Positions 1-9,529 of a stretch of 53,059 nt of DNA are shown here, in pieces. Source of the DNA: a virus (Duplodnaviria > Caudoviricetes); the IMG/VR virus record IMGVR_UViG_3300042987_002152, positions 1-53,059 of that record, one strand, 5' to 3'. Position numbers and translations under genes: made by a program. Position 1 is the stretch's first letter; every line of letters starts with the position of its first letter. The notes under the pieces are model-generated. The model searched no databases, had not been told where the DNA came from, and saw only the letters and a program-made list of their open reading frames with translations.

Positions 1-36
1 GACACTTCCTGCCCTAGTCCACTTGTTAAGTGACAT
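1..36 (-). CDS. possible 5' end of a gene running off the window (MSLNKWTRAGSV...)
   Basis: ATG at 36-34 with an open frame to the window edge; TATAAATA at 46-39. Too short to identify. Confidence 0.3.
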   Translation of the reverse strand, partial: MSLNKWTRAGSV

Positions 37-38
37 TT

Positions 39-46
39 TATTTATA
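39..46 (-). promoter_or_regulatory. T4-type late promoter TATAAATA
   Basis: Exact gp55 consensus on the minus strand, downstream of the gp55-like gene. Confidence 0.55.
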
Positions 47-92
47 CAGGACCTAGGACAAAAATGCGACCTAATTCAAAAAAAATAGTTGC

Positions 93-148
93 GTGACAAG
101 CCGCTATCCATCCAGGGCCTAAAGGCGCCTGGCTTTCCGCGGCGGAAC
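93..148 (-). mobile_element. IS200/IS605 left-end-like mini-element, copy A
   Basis: TTAC|GTTCCGCCGCGGAAAGCCAGGCGCCTTTAGGCCCTGGATGGATAGCGGCTTGTCAC; same target/hairpin/GGATGGATAGCG layout as the other copies. Confidence 0.65.
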
Positions 149-336
149 GTAAATTATTGCTGCATCAGGCTCCTGGTCAAAAATTAAATTGACGGGTCGT
201 TTATAATTATCAAATTAAATTTGATAATTGCCTTCTAAACTTATAGATGCCCAATAAGAAAATTCTAAGGTATTAACCCATTGACGTTGATCAATATCAA
301 AAAAGACTACATTATTTCTGATTGGGTGAGAAAAGC

Positions 337-1185
337 TCATAGTACAGCACCTGTGGGTAGATTTACAGTATTTGATGCTTGATTTTCTGCACGTTGTTGT
401 AATTGATCTTCTACTTGACGTGTATGACTGGGACTGCTATCATTCATGATCAACAAATCATCACGTATGGATTGATTTTTCTTTTCAGTGCTGAGAATTT
501 TAAGGAAACTGGTGGCCACCACTTGTGTATAATAGCTGAAGGGGTTGCTGCTTTTGCTTTCATCAAATTGGAGGCCCACTTGACTCAATTGCATGAGAGC
601 CTGTGCACGCATCTCATCCAAATAACTGTAACCTCTCCAGTTGCCACGATGTCCATATCGTTCTACCAATTTCATCCACATGGCGCCCAGCTGGTTGGTT
701 ATTCTACCATGATCCAAGTTGAAATGTCCATTGATCAATCCTCCCTGCCAGTGACTTTTACCCACACAAATCCAGGTTTGATTTTGCCAAACATAATGTT
801 GAAAGGGTGGAAACTGACATCTGATGTGTCTGTCAGCCACAGTTTTTGCTCTAGCTTGCTTGATGGGGTTGGAATCCACAGGCACGTGTTCGAACGTCAT
901 CAATCTCACAACTATTTCCTCAAGTGGGAAATCATCCACTGTCAATGTGCTTTCAAAACTTTTATTTTGGGACTGTTTCTTTTGTTCTATTTGATGGTCC
1001 ATTAATTTTTTTTGTCTGGCTGCCTGCAGTGTGTCCATGGTCACAAGATCCAAACTAGTAGCAATAATGTCGTAATTTTTGTATTTGTCATCCACGAAAC
1101 TGCAAAAAGTCAATTTGCTTGCGTGTATGGCTGCCAATAAATCTTTGTTGGTGAGATATTTTATTTTGGGTACAAGTGTGTTCAT
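337..1185 (-). CDS. T4 gp55-like RNA polymerase sigma factor for late transcription
   Basis: YLTNKDLLAAI, NWRGYSYLDEM and FDESKSSNPFSYYTQ motifs typical of gp55; likely start MNTLVPK at 1185. Confidence 0.85.
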   Translation of the reverse strand: MNTLVPKIKYLTNKDLLAAIHASKLTFCSFVDDKYKNYDIIATSLDLVTMDTLQAARQKKLMDHQIEQKKQSQNKSFESTLTVDDFPLEEIVVRLMTFEHVPVDSNPIKQARAKTVADRHIRCQFPPFQHYVWQNQTWICVGKSHWQGGLINGHFNLDHGRITNQLGAMWMKLVERYGHRGNWRGYSYLDEMRAQALMQLSQVGLQFDESKSSNPFSYYTQVVATSFLKILSTEKKNQSIRDDLLIMNDSSPSHTRQVEDQLQQRAENQASNTVNLPTGAVL

Positions 1186-1271
1186 TAAATCTTTGCACAA
1201 GTAAAATAGTTTCAATGCATTGTGTTGACCAAACATTCGGTTTGTCAATTCTCCTGCAAAACTGGCTTTAT

Positions 1272-1466
1272 CATTTCGAGCGGAAGACCACTGGCTTGAA
1301 AGCCAGCGGATGGATAGCGAATGGTATCAATATTGATCTGGAAGTTGCGCTACAAATATAGGATCTATCCAACCCCACAACAGGAACAACACATGCGATC
1401 TGTGGGTGGGTCAATACCTGGTACACTAGGAAGATTGTTGTGGGCGTGAACATATCACGTACTCAC
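1272..1466 (+). mobile_element. internally deleted IS605/IS1341-type element, copy B
   Basis: TTAT (1268-1271), left-end hairpin CTGGCTT-GA-AAGCCAG, GGATGGATAGCG, then a tnpB 5' remnant; right end degenerate (TCAC at 1455-1458 or 1463-1466). Confidence 0.7.
1321..1449 (+). pseudogene. tnpB: tnpB N-terminal remnant (HTH_OrfB_IS605-like)
   Basis: 42-codon frame MVSILIWKLRYKYRIYPTPQQEQHM...; YKYRIYPTPxQ is the hallmark TnpB N-terminus. Confidence 0.75.
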
Positions 1467-1525
1467 CCTAGAAGGTTAAATACCTCGAATTAAGGTTATG
1501 AGAGCCAATATAATAAGGTTGAGAT

Positions 1526-3814
1526 ATGAAACTTTTTGAACTGTTTGCTACTGATATTCTCCTAGAAGCCAAAGCCAGGATTGAACACCCAGAAGATCTT
1601 ATATTCGATCAAGGATTATCTGGTGCCAAAACTGCTTTGCATATTTTGCATACCACAGCTGACCAACCTCAAAGCGTCAGCATCAAATTTGATGGAAGTG
1701 TGGCCTTGATAATGGGGTGGCGAGCAGATGAGTTTGTGCTCACAGACAAGGCAGGGTTTGGCGCCAAAGGTTATGATGGCATGACCACCAGTGGTGCCAG
1801 TATAGAAAACATGATCATGGCTCGCAAACAGAAAGACACCAGTCCACAGGCCATGGACAAGAGGAGTGCATATGCTAGGACTATTGCCAGCTTGTATCCC
1901 ATTTTGCGCGCAGCTGTGCCTCGATCCTTCAAGGGATATGCACAAGCTGACCTGTTGTGGGTGGGAGTACCCAAAATAGTTGATGGCATGTATGAGTTCA
2001 AGCCCAACAAGATAGTCTATCGTGTGGGTGTGAACACAGAACTGGGCAAACAAATAGCCAACAGCAAGGTGGGCATGGTTGTGCACAGTATATTTGCCAA
2101 CCAACAGGATGAAGAGCCAGACGCATTGCGTGACGTGGCCAGCTTGGGATGGAAAATTCCAGGAGATCTAGTTGTGGTACCACACGAAATAGAATTCAAA
2201 CAAAAATTGGTGCTAAACAAAACGGATAGTGACAAACTGCAAAAGATCATCCAGACAAAGGGCAAAAACGTTGACAAACTTTTTGACCCACTTAGCTTGA
2301 CAGATCGCAACATCAAGGCATTGCCCAATTTGATGAAAAGCTTTTTGGCCTACAAAGCAGGCAAGGGCAGCCAAGATTTCAGCAACGTTGCCCAAGAATT
2401 TGTGGATTGGCTGGCCAGTCCAGCCAGCAAAGCCAGCGCCAAAATGCAGGCCGCAGTGGGTGAATGGTTGAGCGCTAATCTTGCGGGATACAACGCCACC
2501 TGGCAAATAGTGCAGTTGTTGGTTGATTTGAAATTGGATCTCAAGAGTCAGATGGATCAACAAGTGGGCAACATAGTCGGTGCCCAGTTGGATCAGGCTC
2601 CTGGTCATGAAGGCTTTGTGAGTGTGACGCCTCAGGGTATTATCAAGTTGGTCAATCGTGCAGAATTCATGAAAAAGGACCAACCAGTCAGCGAAGCAGA
2701 ACAAGGCAAGCATGTGAGCTGGGCATTTGGCAGGATGAACCCCCCAACTCTAGGTCACCAACATTTGGTTGATACAGTGGCCAAAAATGCCAAGGGTGGT
2801 GATTATTGGATATTCCTCAGCCACAGTCAGGATCCCAAGAAAAATCCTCTGCCTCATGCAGACAAAAAACATTTTGCACAAATGATCATGCCCAAGCATG
2901 CTCAACATTTTGATGTACCAGAAGATATCCGAACCTTTCTACAAGCAGCTGATTGGCTTTACAAACAAGGCTATCGCAGCATGACCTTTGTGGCTGGCAG
3001 CGACAGACTACCAGAATTTGAAAAACATCTCAATACTTGGAACAGCCAAGCTATCCGTGACAAAGCACCTTTGGAAATCCATGGACAACTGCAAACAAGA
3101 CAACCTATTGAAATCAAATTTGCCAGTGCTGGTGAAAGAGATCCAGATGCAGAAGGATTGAGTGGGATTAGTGGCACCAAAGCTAGAGAGGCTGTGGCCC
3201 AAGATGATTTTGTTGGGTTTCAAGCCAGCACTGGACTCACAGGCAAGCTTGCGAAATCCATGTTTGATGCTGTAAAATCTCACATGCAGGCTGCCAAACC
3301 AGCCAAAACCAACAGAGTGAAAGAACAAATGATGGGAACCATCCCTGCACCTGAACAGGAAGATCACAGCAAGGGCACAATCGTCAAATTGAGATTGGCC
3401 AATGAGTGTGCCCAGCAATTATATGAATGGTGTCAACAGCACAATATCAATTGCATAGATCCACATGACTTTCACATGACATTGGTGTTCAGCCTCACTC
3501 CTGCACCTCAATTGAGTGATTTGCATGCAACCAGCACTCACATTCCTGCTAACATCAAAGGCTGGAAGATATTGGGCGAAAATACTCTAGTGTTGGATTT
3601 GGATTCACACATGGCTGATAGAATGCACCACAAACTGTTGGAATGCGGTGCTACTCACAGCTATCCTAGTTTTATACCTCACACAAGTGTCATGTATGGC
3701 TGGAATGAGCCCCGTGTGCCTCAACAAGTTCCAAATATGGAAATGATATTTGAGAGTGTGGAGGTCGAACCGTTAGACCCCAATTATGCAAAAACAACAC
3801 AGCCAGGCAATTGA
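1526..3814 (+). CDS. multidomain protein: ligase-like nucleotidyltransferase + HIGH/cytidylyltransferase-like domain + Acb1/gp57B-like 2H phosphodiesterase
   Basis: KFDG (motif I), EGFV and IKLV (motifs IV/V); FGRMNPPTLGH and ISGTKAREA; HMTL/HTSV 2H motifs with TLVLDLDS, GATHSYPSFIPH and EPLD as in T4 gp57B/Acb1. Confidence 0.8.
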   Translation: MKLFELFATDILLEAKARIEHPEDLIFDQGLSGAKTALHILHTTADQPQSVSIKFDGSVALIMGWRADEFVLTDKAGFGAKGYDGMTTSGASIENMIMARKQKDTSPQAMDKRSAYARTIASLYPILRAAVPRSFKGYAQADLLWVGVPKIVDGMYEFKPNKIVYRVGVNTELGKQIANSKVGMVVHSIFANQQDEEPDALRDVASLGWKIPGDLVVVPHEIEFKQKLVLNKTDSDKLQKIIQTKGKNVDKLFDPLSLTDRNIKALPNLMKSFLAYKAGKGSQDFSNVAQEFVDWLASPASKASAKMQAAVGEWLSANLAGYNATWQIVQLLVDLKLDLKSQMDQQVGNIVGAQLDQAPGHEGFVSVTPQGIIKLVNRAEFMKKDQPVSEAEQGKHVSWAFGRMNPPTLGHQHLVDTVAKNAKGGDYWIFLSHSQDPKKNPLPHADKKHFAQMIMPKHAQHFDVPEDIRTFLQAADWLYKQGYRSMTFVAGSDRLPEFEKHLNTWNSQAIRDKAPLEIHGQLQTRQPIEIKFASAGERDPDAEGLSGISGTKAREAVAQDDFVGFQASTGLTGKLAKSMFDAVKSHMQAAKPAKTNRVKEQMMGTIPAPEQEDHSKGTIVKLRLANECAQQLYEWCQQHNINCIDPHDFHMTLVFSLTPAPQLSDLHATSTHIPANIKGWKILGENTLVLDLDSHMADRMHHKLLECGATHSYPSFIPHTSVMYGWNEPRVPQQVPNMEMIFESVEVEPLDPNYAKTTQPGN

Positions 3815-3829
3815 TACCTGGCTGTAAAT

Positions 3830-4624
3830 TCAGCTTATACCAGTCAATCTGGTGATTCTTTCAGCCTCTTCTCGATTTTTGCGGATATCTCCAGGCTTTC
3901 TAGGACTGCCGTCAGGATTGTTCTCTAGAGGCAAATCATGTACAAGTTTCTTGAATGCAGCAACTAGTTTGGCATTCTTGTGAATTGCGTCCTGCAAAGT
4001 TTCCACACTCAACAACGCATTCTTGTTGTATTTGGCACCAAACATTTTTTTGGCAATCTGATCAGGATCTTTGCTGATCAAACTTTCATCATCTCTGCGG
4101 ATCAGTCCTTTTTGCCAACTGTATTTCATACCCAGGGCTTTGGCCACACTGCTCATCAGCAGGTTTCTGTCTGCACCAGTGTATTTGCTGTTGTCTCCAG
4201 CACTGAACATACCAAACTTCATCCATGTGGGATCATCATCAAACATCCAATCCACTTGAACAAATCCATTCGCAGCATCTCCCCGGATGGGTGTTAGGAA
4301 ATGAACACTAATACCACTTTTTTTAATGTATTGTTTGGGATCCTGGTTGTTGTTGTGTGCCCATTTTGTCAAAATGTCCACCAGCTGCTGCTTGCTGATC
4401 TTGGTGGCATCCACAGCGATATCCAAATCACCCGAGCTGGCTTTTTTGCCCACGCTGCCCAAGGTCATATCCAGGGTAGGCAGTCCCGTTATTTTGTGTA
4501 ACCAAACAAGAGTTGGATGGATGTCAGCCAGGTTTATTCTTTGCGTTAGAGGAGCACCATCAGGATTCTTGAATACTTGTCCTCCTTCCAGGAGATCAAT
4601 TGTGGGTAATTCTTGTAATTTCAT
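3830..4624 (-). CDS. Pol-beta superfamily nucleotidyltransferase, probably virion-packaged
   Basis: GSVGKKASSGDLDIAVD and VQVD acidic motifs; leader MKLQELPTIDLLE; TAAATA 7 nt upstream of the ATG at 4624. Confidence 0.7.
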   Translation of the reverse strand: MKLQELPTIDLLEGGQVFKNPDGAPLTQRINLADIHPTLVWLHKITGLPTLDMTLGSVGKKASSGDLDIAVDATKISKQQLVDILTKWAHNNNQDPKQYIKKSGISVHFLTPIRGDAANGFVQVDWMFDDDPTWMKFGMFSAGDNSKYTGADRNLLMSSVAKALGMKYSWQKGLIRRDDESLISKDPDQIAKKMFGAKYNKNALLSVETLQDAIHKNAKLVAAFKKLVHDLPLENNPDGSPRKPGDIRKNREEAERITRLTGIS

Positions 4625-4631
4625 GATAATA

Positions 4632-4667
4632 TATTTATGCAACGATTTAAGAGATCGTGTATAAATA
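4632..4667. promoter_or_regulatory. back-to-back divergent late promoters
   Basis: TAAATA on minus (4637-4632) and TATAAATA on plus (4660-4667) between divergent genes. Confidence 0.6.
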
Positions 4668-4680
4668 AAGCAACGGCTGC

Positions 4681-4716
4681 TTGCTATCCAGAGATGAAAA
4701 GTACCCGGCTCTCCGT
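4681..4716 (-). mobile_element. degenerate IS605 left-end-like copy G / hairpin
   Basis: Minus strand CCCGGCTACGGAGAGCCGGGTACTTTTCATCTCTGGATAGC resembles copy A; strong hairpin, but no TTAY target. Confidence 0.35.
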
Positions 4717-4756
4717 AGCCGGGTGCAATGCACTAGAATGGGAAAAATTGTAAGAT

Positions 4757-5179
4757 ATGACAAACTATATTTGGATTTTTAAAAATTTCACAGTCAATCC
4801 TAGCACTGATGGGCTAACCAATGTAGTGACTGCTATAGAATACATACTACAAGCTAGTGAGAACGACAAACAAGCATATAGAACCGGTGTTGTTTCATTG
4901 GATCCTGCCAATCCTAATGAATTCATACCTTTTGATCAAATAACCAGCGTGATGGCGCAACAGTGGTGTGAAGCCAAATTGCCTATGCCTATATTGTATG
5001 CAGAATTAGATCAAATATTGCAAGCCCAAAATTTGCCCTTGGTACCACCTCCATTTGTTCCAGTTCCTGTGCCACCACCTGTGCCACCACCTGTACCACC
5101 ACAGCCAGATTCATCTTCCATGCCAGATGAAACTACCATATCAGATCCCTTAACAGAGACCAACAGTCCACAAACATAA
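4757..5179 (+). CDS. tail-associated/fibre chaperone-like protein with Pro-rich tail
   Basis: DGLTNVV...FIPFDQIT...W pattern seen in small phage tail proteins; downstream of a late promoter. Confidence 0.5.
   Translation: MTNYIWIFKNFTVNPSTDGLTNVVTAIEYILQASENDKQAYRTGVVSLDPANPNEFIPFDQITSVMAQQWCEAKLPMPILYAELDQILQAQNLPLVPPPFVPVPVPPPVPPPVPPQPDSSSMPDETTISDPLTETNSPQT
5066..5101 (+). repeat. 12-bp tandem repeat x3 (PVPP)
   Basis: cctgtgccacca cctgtgccacca cctgtaccacca. Confidence 0.9.
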
Positions 5180-5250
5180 TCTCCTCATAGCCTCCTACTT
5201 GGCTGATTTCACCATCTTAAATACATGTTAGAGATGTACAAGGAACAACC

Positions 5251-6207
5251 ATGCCCAGGTTTGGTGGATTTAATTTAGGCAACATAGGAGGAGCATTGGT
5301 CCGCAATGCCGTGGGAACCATTGCCAGTCAAATACGACCCAGTTTGCCTTTTAGTGAGCAAGACGGATACGGTTTTACAAATGCTAGTGTAGAAAACCGC
5401 AAAGTCAGTTTGCGAGCCAAAAGAGGCGCTGCTAGCAGACTGTATGGCAGTGGTATTTGTGCACCTTTGAGCGCAAGTGATGGACTGGTATGGCCCTATC
5501 AACCACAAATAACCTACAACCATCAAGTTATGTATAGTGATCTATCTGTTGTGCATGCTAATCAGGATTTTCATGTATTCAGCAAGGTTCCAGCCGTAAA
5601 ACTGACAGTTAATGGATCTTGGAGTGTACAAAACCAACAAGAAGGGCAATATGCTATGGCAGCCCTACATTTTTTACGCACTATTACAAAAATGAATTTT
5701 GGTGACACAGACCCCAATGCAGGTACTCCTCCGCCCATATTATTGTTCAATGCATATGGGCCCTATGTGTTCAGTGATTTGCCAGTGGTTGTTAATAGTT
5801 TTAGCATGGATTTTCCGGAAGATGTTGACTATGTACAGGTACAAATTCAAGGAGTAAATTCATCCAACACCTCTGCACCCACTCAATTGAGTGATCTCAT
5901 CCAAGTAGAAAGACTTCCCCCATTGCCATCTGAATTACAACCAGACGCCACAGGTAGACTGATTCCTGTAGGGTCCCCAGATGCTTCTTATTTCCAAACT
6001 CCTTTGAGATCCGTTATTCCTGGTAGAAATGGTGCAGTTCCTGGTACCACAAACACTGCTGCTGCTCTCAACTATACTGTGTGGTTGCCCAGTTTATTCA
6101 AGTTAACATGCGAGCTTACAGTGCAACACACTCCCAAAGATTTGCGATCCAGATTTAATTTGGGTAGATTTAGAGATGGTGCCAGCGATCAAAAGGATTT
6201 TATCTAA
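5251..6207 (+). CDS. baseplate/tail-tube initiator-like protein
   Basis: GLVWPYQPQI, FLRTITKMNFG, GTPPPILLFNAYG and LPVVVNSF motifs; directly before the gp53-like gene; TAAATA at 5218-5223. Confidence 0.65.
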   Translation: MPRFGGFNLGNIGGALVRNAVGTIASQIRPSLPFSEQDGYGFTNASVENRKVSLRAKRGAASRLYGSGICAPLSASDGLVWPYQPQITYNHQVMYSDLSVVHANQDFHVFSKVPAVKLTVNGSWSVQNQQEGQYAMAALHFLRTITKMNFGDTDPNAGTPPPILLFNAYGPYVFSDLPVVVNSFSMDFPEDVDYVQVQIQGVNSSNTSAPTQLSDLIQVERLPPLPSELQPDATGRLIPVGSPDASYFQTPLRSVIPGRNGAVPGTTNTAAALNYTVWLPSLFKLTCELTVQHTPKDLRSRFNLGRFRDGASDQKDFI

Positions 6208-6506
6208 TGGCCTTGGTGAATTACAACAAAAGCAGTCCCTATTATAATACCAATCAGAATAGCTATTATTTGGAATTTTGGAATGCTCCTTTGATTGCAG
6301 GCAATGCAAATGACCAAATTTTTGTTGTTACTGACCGTTATGTGAACAGACCAGATTTATTGAGTTGGGATGCTTATGGCACACCTAAATTATGGTGGGT
6401 GTTTGCCATGGCCAACCCCAATCAAATTCGCGATCCCATTGCGGATTTACAAAGTGGTATGGAGATTATTATTCCCAATAAAAATAGCCTGCAAGGGTTC
6501 ATCTGA
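6207..6506 (+). CDS. baseplate wedge protein, gp53-like (LysM-type)
   Basis: RPDLLSWDAYGTPKLWWVFAMAN motif. Confidence 0.8.
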   Translation: MALVNYNKSSPYYNTNQNSYYLEFWNAPLIAGNANDQIFVVTDRYVNRPDLLSWDAYGTPKLWWVFAMANPNQIRDPIADLQSGMEIIIPNKNSLQGFI

Positions 6507-9500
6507 TGAGTGGTAGTCAAACTGCTTTTCAAGCCCGTCAAGCAGCCTCTAGTGCAGCTCAAGCCGAATTGCGTTACAAACAAGATCAAGCAATAGCTGC
6601 ACAAATATCTGATCCAGAATTAAGGGCTCAGGTTTTACAGGATGCACAAGCAAATTATTCGAGAGTTTTGAACACTAGCAATCAGCAGTTGACCTCGAGT
6701 AACAGCAGTGTGCCTGCTGTGACCAGTCAACCGGCCCAAATTGATTATGTGGATTTACAACGAGCCAGACGTGGAGACATAGTGTTGGAACCTGGTGAAG
6801 TTCCCACAATACAACCACCTTCCAGTTCTCCACCCAGTCTGCCTAGGACTTTGGATGATACGATACAAGATACTTACAGAGCTGCTCGAGAACCGCAAGC
6901 CTTTGACATAACAGAAAGAGTCAATCAGCAGTTGGGCGAACCACAAACACCGCCACCCATTACACAACAATCTTTTCCTGTGTCTGGACAAAGTCGCCCA
7001 CCATCTGGCAACAACAGCAGCCTTGACAATAGTACTGATCGTGCTCCCCGGGCAGATACTATTGATGGCAGTGCTAGCCAAGCTGCTCCTCCCATGGAAC
7101 AAGTGCCAGACAGCAGTGCCAGTAGAATCATAACCTCATTGCCATTAACTCTAGATCCGCGCCCTACCGGAACTGCTAGCGCAAACAATAGTCCCCCGCC
7201 TATTAGGCAAAACCCAGTTGCTCCTTTGTTCAATTTTGAACCCAATCAATTTAACACATATGATCGTGTTACCTACAGTTTCAAGTTGTTTATGGTCAAT
7301 GATTTGGATGCCAAAGATCCAGATATAGCATCCAAAATACTCAATAATCAAATAAGAACTATTGTTATTGCACAAAGTGGTGTTACTGTGGGATTTAATA
7401 TAACTGAAGTGTCCATAACAGACAGCTTGAGCGCAAATTTTCGTAGTCGCAGCAATCTCACCACTGATATTAATATCAAACTCACTGAACCTTATGCTAT
7501 GACCTTGCCCGACCGATTGTATGCAGGCAGCAAAGTGTTGGGTATACGCAATTGGCGATTGGCACCCATGTTTTTGCAGTTGGAATTCAAATATATCAAA
7601 GAGGACGGTACTATCTACGTTCCGCAATCCAGTCAACAGTTGATCAAGCTTTATAGCTTGATGATTGTGGATTTTGACAGTCAATTGAAAGAAACTGGTG
7701 CAGAATATGACCTCAAGTGCAGTTCTCAGAACAACTTGGGCTTTAGAGATTTTTTTCAAATATTGCCCAACAGCCAAACAATCAAACTGTCAACAGCCAA
7801 CACTGTGGAAGAATTCTTTAGGGAATTGGGCACTACAATCACTGAACTGAACAGAAAAGCCAGAAAGAATGCCAGCAGTAAAAGTGTACCCCCCAGTTTG
7901 GTAGAATACAACTTTACAGTAAGAGATTCCCTGTTGGCTCAACAAACAATTGACTACAGCCCACAAAAAAGCCAACGCAAAACCAGTTTCCAGGGAGGGC
8001 AAGGTGGCGAGGTAACAGTTGCCCGAGGGGTAGGCATAAGTGCATTGGTGGATGACATCCTCAGCAGCTTGACAGATCCAAAATTTTTTGTAGCCAATCA
8101 ACAAGCAGGAACTTACAAAATACCCATCATTGAATGTATTACAGAAATAATTGGCTGGGACAACATACTCAATGAATATGTGCGTAGATTCAATTATGTG
8201 ATTGGTATGAAAGAGAGTGCTCGACCTGTACCTTTCAAAGAAGTGGCTGAGCAATTTCAAGGCAAACAGGCGCAACAAATGCAAAGATTGCAAACCCTGA
8301 GTCAAAACATGAAAAAATCCTATGAATATTTCTATACAGGAAAAAATACAGAAATAATCTCTCTGGATGTAAAATTTAATCAACTGCATGTGATTGTGCA
8401 ACCGTTGATGGAATTTCTACCCAATGTTCAGTTTGGTGGGGATACAAGCAAAGTAGATCCTAGAATACAAGCATTGAAAGACAAACAACAAGCAGAACAG
8501 AAGATCAAAGAAACTGCAAATTTGGACCCCTCACAGGTAGGAAGTGAATATCTTAAACAAGTGGAACAAGATATTGTTAGAAGTGAACAAATATTAGATC
8601 GTATCAACAATGAAAGTATAATACCTTTTGATTTAACTAGCGGATTGGCAGGATTTGTGACTGAATCATTGAATCCAGAACAAATAGTTGCTCTAGTACA
8701 ACAACGGCAACAGTTGTTGGATATACGTACCAAGATCAACGAGCAAAAAAACAATAATCAATATGCTGAAGATATTCCTCGTCAGTTACAAGCCCTTGAA
8801 TTGAGTTTCGCACCTGACCCACGTGACATGCAAAATACTCAAGTGCGTAGTGTGGCTGGTACTAGCCAAGCCGAAGATTCCAGTCAAAGTACGAGACCTA
8901 TTGTGAGCAGCATACTCACACAAATTTATGATAGGTCAGGCAGTAATATGCTGGAAATTGACATGGAAATCAGAGGAGATCCCTATTGGTTGGGTGTTAC
9001 AGATGTGGAACGTGCTAGAAACTTGATAAACATTATCAAAAACAATCAAGGAACAAATGCTACTACTGCTTCTCCCAACACAGGAAACTCATCCACCAGC
9101 AGTTCTAGTTCAACCAGCAGCACAAATTTTGTGCAAGTGTTTGATGCTGACAGCACTATATTACTGAGATTTAGAGCAGGAGCACAACCTGATAGTAATA
9201 CAGGATTTCAAAAGCTAGATTTGGAAAGTGATTTCTTTTATGGCATTTACACGGTAATCCAAGTAGAACATGATTTCAGGGATGGCAAATTCACACAAAA
9301 GCTGAAGGGTGTGAGAGATACATTGATTGATTTGAGTACATTAAGAACCGCTGGGGTAGAAAACACCAATCCCACACAACCACAAACGGCGGGTAGACCT
9401 TCCACACTTCCAGCTCCAAGTGCCAACAATATTATTACGGCAACAAACACAACCACAGTCAGAGCCAGAACAGTGGGCAACTCTGGAATTGTGGCAGGAC

Positions 9501-9508
9501 CTGTTTAA
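6506..9508 (+). CDS. baseplate hub protein, gp27-like
   Basis: IRGDPYWL and YTVIQVEHDFRDGKFTQKL C-terminal motifs; lies between gp53 and gp5. Confidence 0.65.
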   Translation: MSGSQTAFQARQAASSAAQAELRYKQDQAIAAQISDPELRAQVLQDAQANYSRVLNTSNQQLTSSNSSVPAVTSQPAQIDYVDLQRARRGDIVLEPGEVPTIQPPSSSPPSLPRTLDDTIQDTYRAAREPQAFDITERVNQQLGEPQTPPPITQQSFPVSGQSRPPSGNNSSLDNSTDRAPRADTIDGSASQAAPPMEQVPDSSASRIITSLPLTLDPRPTGTASANNSPPPIRQNPVAPLFNFEPNQFNTYDRVTYSFKLFMVNDLDAKDPDIASKILNNQIRTIVIAQSGVTVGFNITEVSITDSLSANFRSRSNLTTDINIKLTEPYAMTLPDRLYAGSKVLGIRNWRLAPMFLQLEFKYIKEDGTIYVPQSSQQLIKLYSLMIVDFDSQLKETGAEYDLKCSSQNNLGFRDFFQILPNSQTIKLSTANTVEEFFRELGTTITELNRKARKNASSKSVPPSLVEYNFTVRDSLLAQQTIDYSPQKSQRKTSFQGGQGGEVTVARGVGISALVDDILSSLTDPKFFVANQQAGTYKIPIIECITEIIGWDNILNEYVRRFNYVIGMKESARPVPFKEVAEQFQGKQAQQMQRLQTLSQNMKKSYEYFYTGKNTEIISLDVKFNQLHVIVQPLMEFLPNVQFGGDTSKVDPRIQALKDKQQAEQKIKETANLDPSQVGSEYLKQVEQDIVRSEQILDRINNESIIPFDLTSGLAGFVTESLNPEQIVALVQQRQQLLDIRTKINEQKNNNQYAEDIPRQLQALELSFAPDPRDMQNTQVRSVAGTSQAEDSSQSTRPIVSSILTQIYDRSGSNMLEIDMEIRGDPYWLGVTDVERARNLINIIKNNQGTNATTASPNTGNSSTSSSSSTSSTNFVQVFDADSTILLRFRAGAQPDSNTGFQKLDLESDFFYGIYTVIQVEHDFRDGKFTQKLKGVRDTLIDLSTLRTAGVENTNPTQPQTAGRPSTLPAPSANNIITATNTTTVRARTVGNSGIVAGPV

Positions 9509-9529
9509 CCTCCAAGAACAAGAGAAGCA

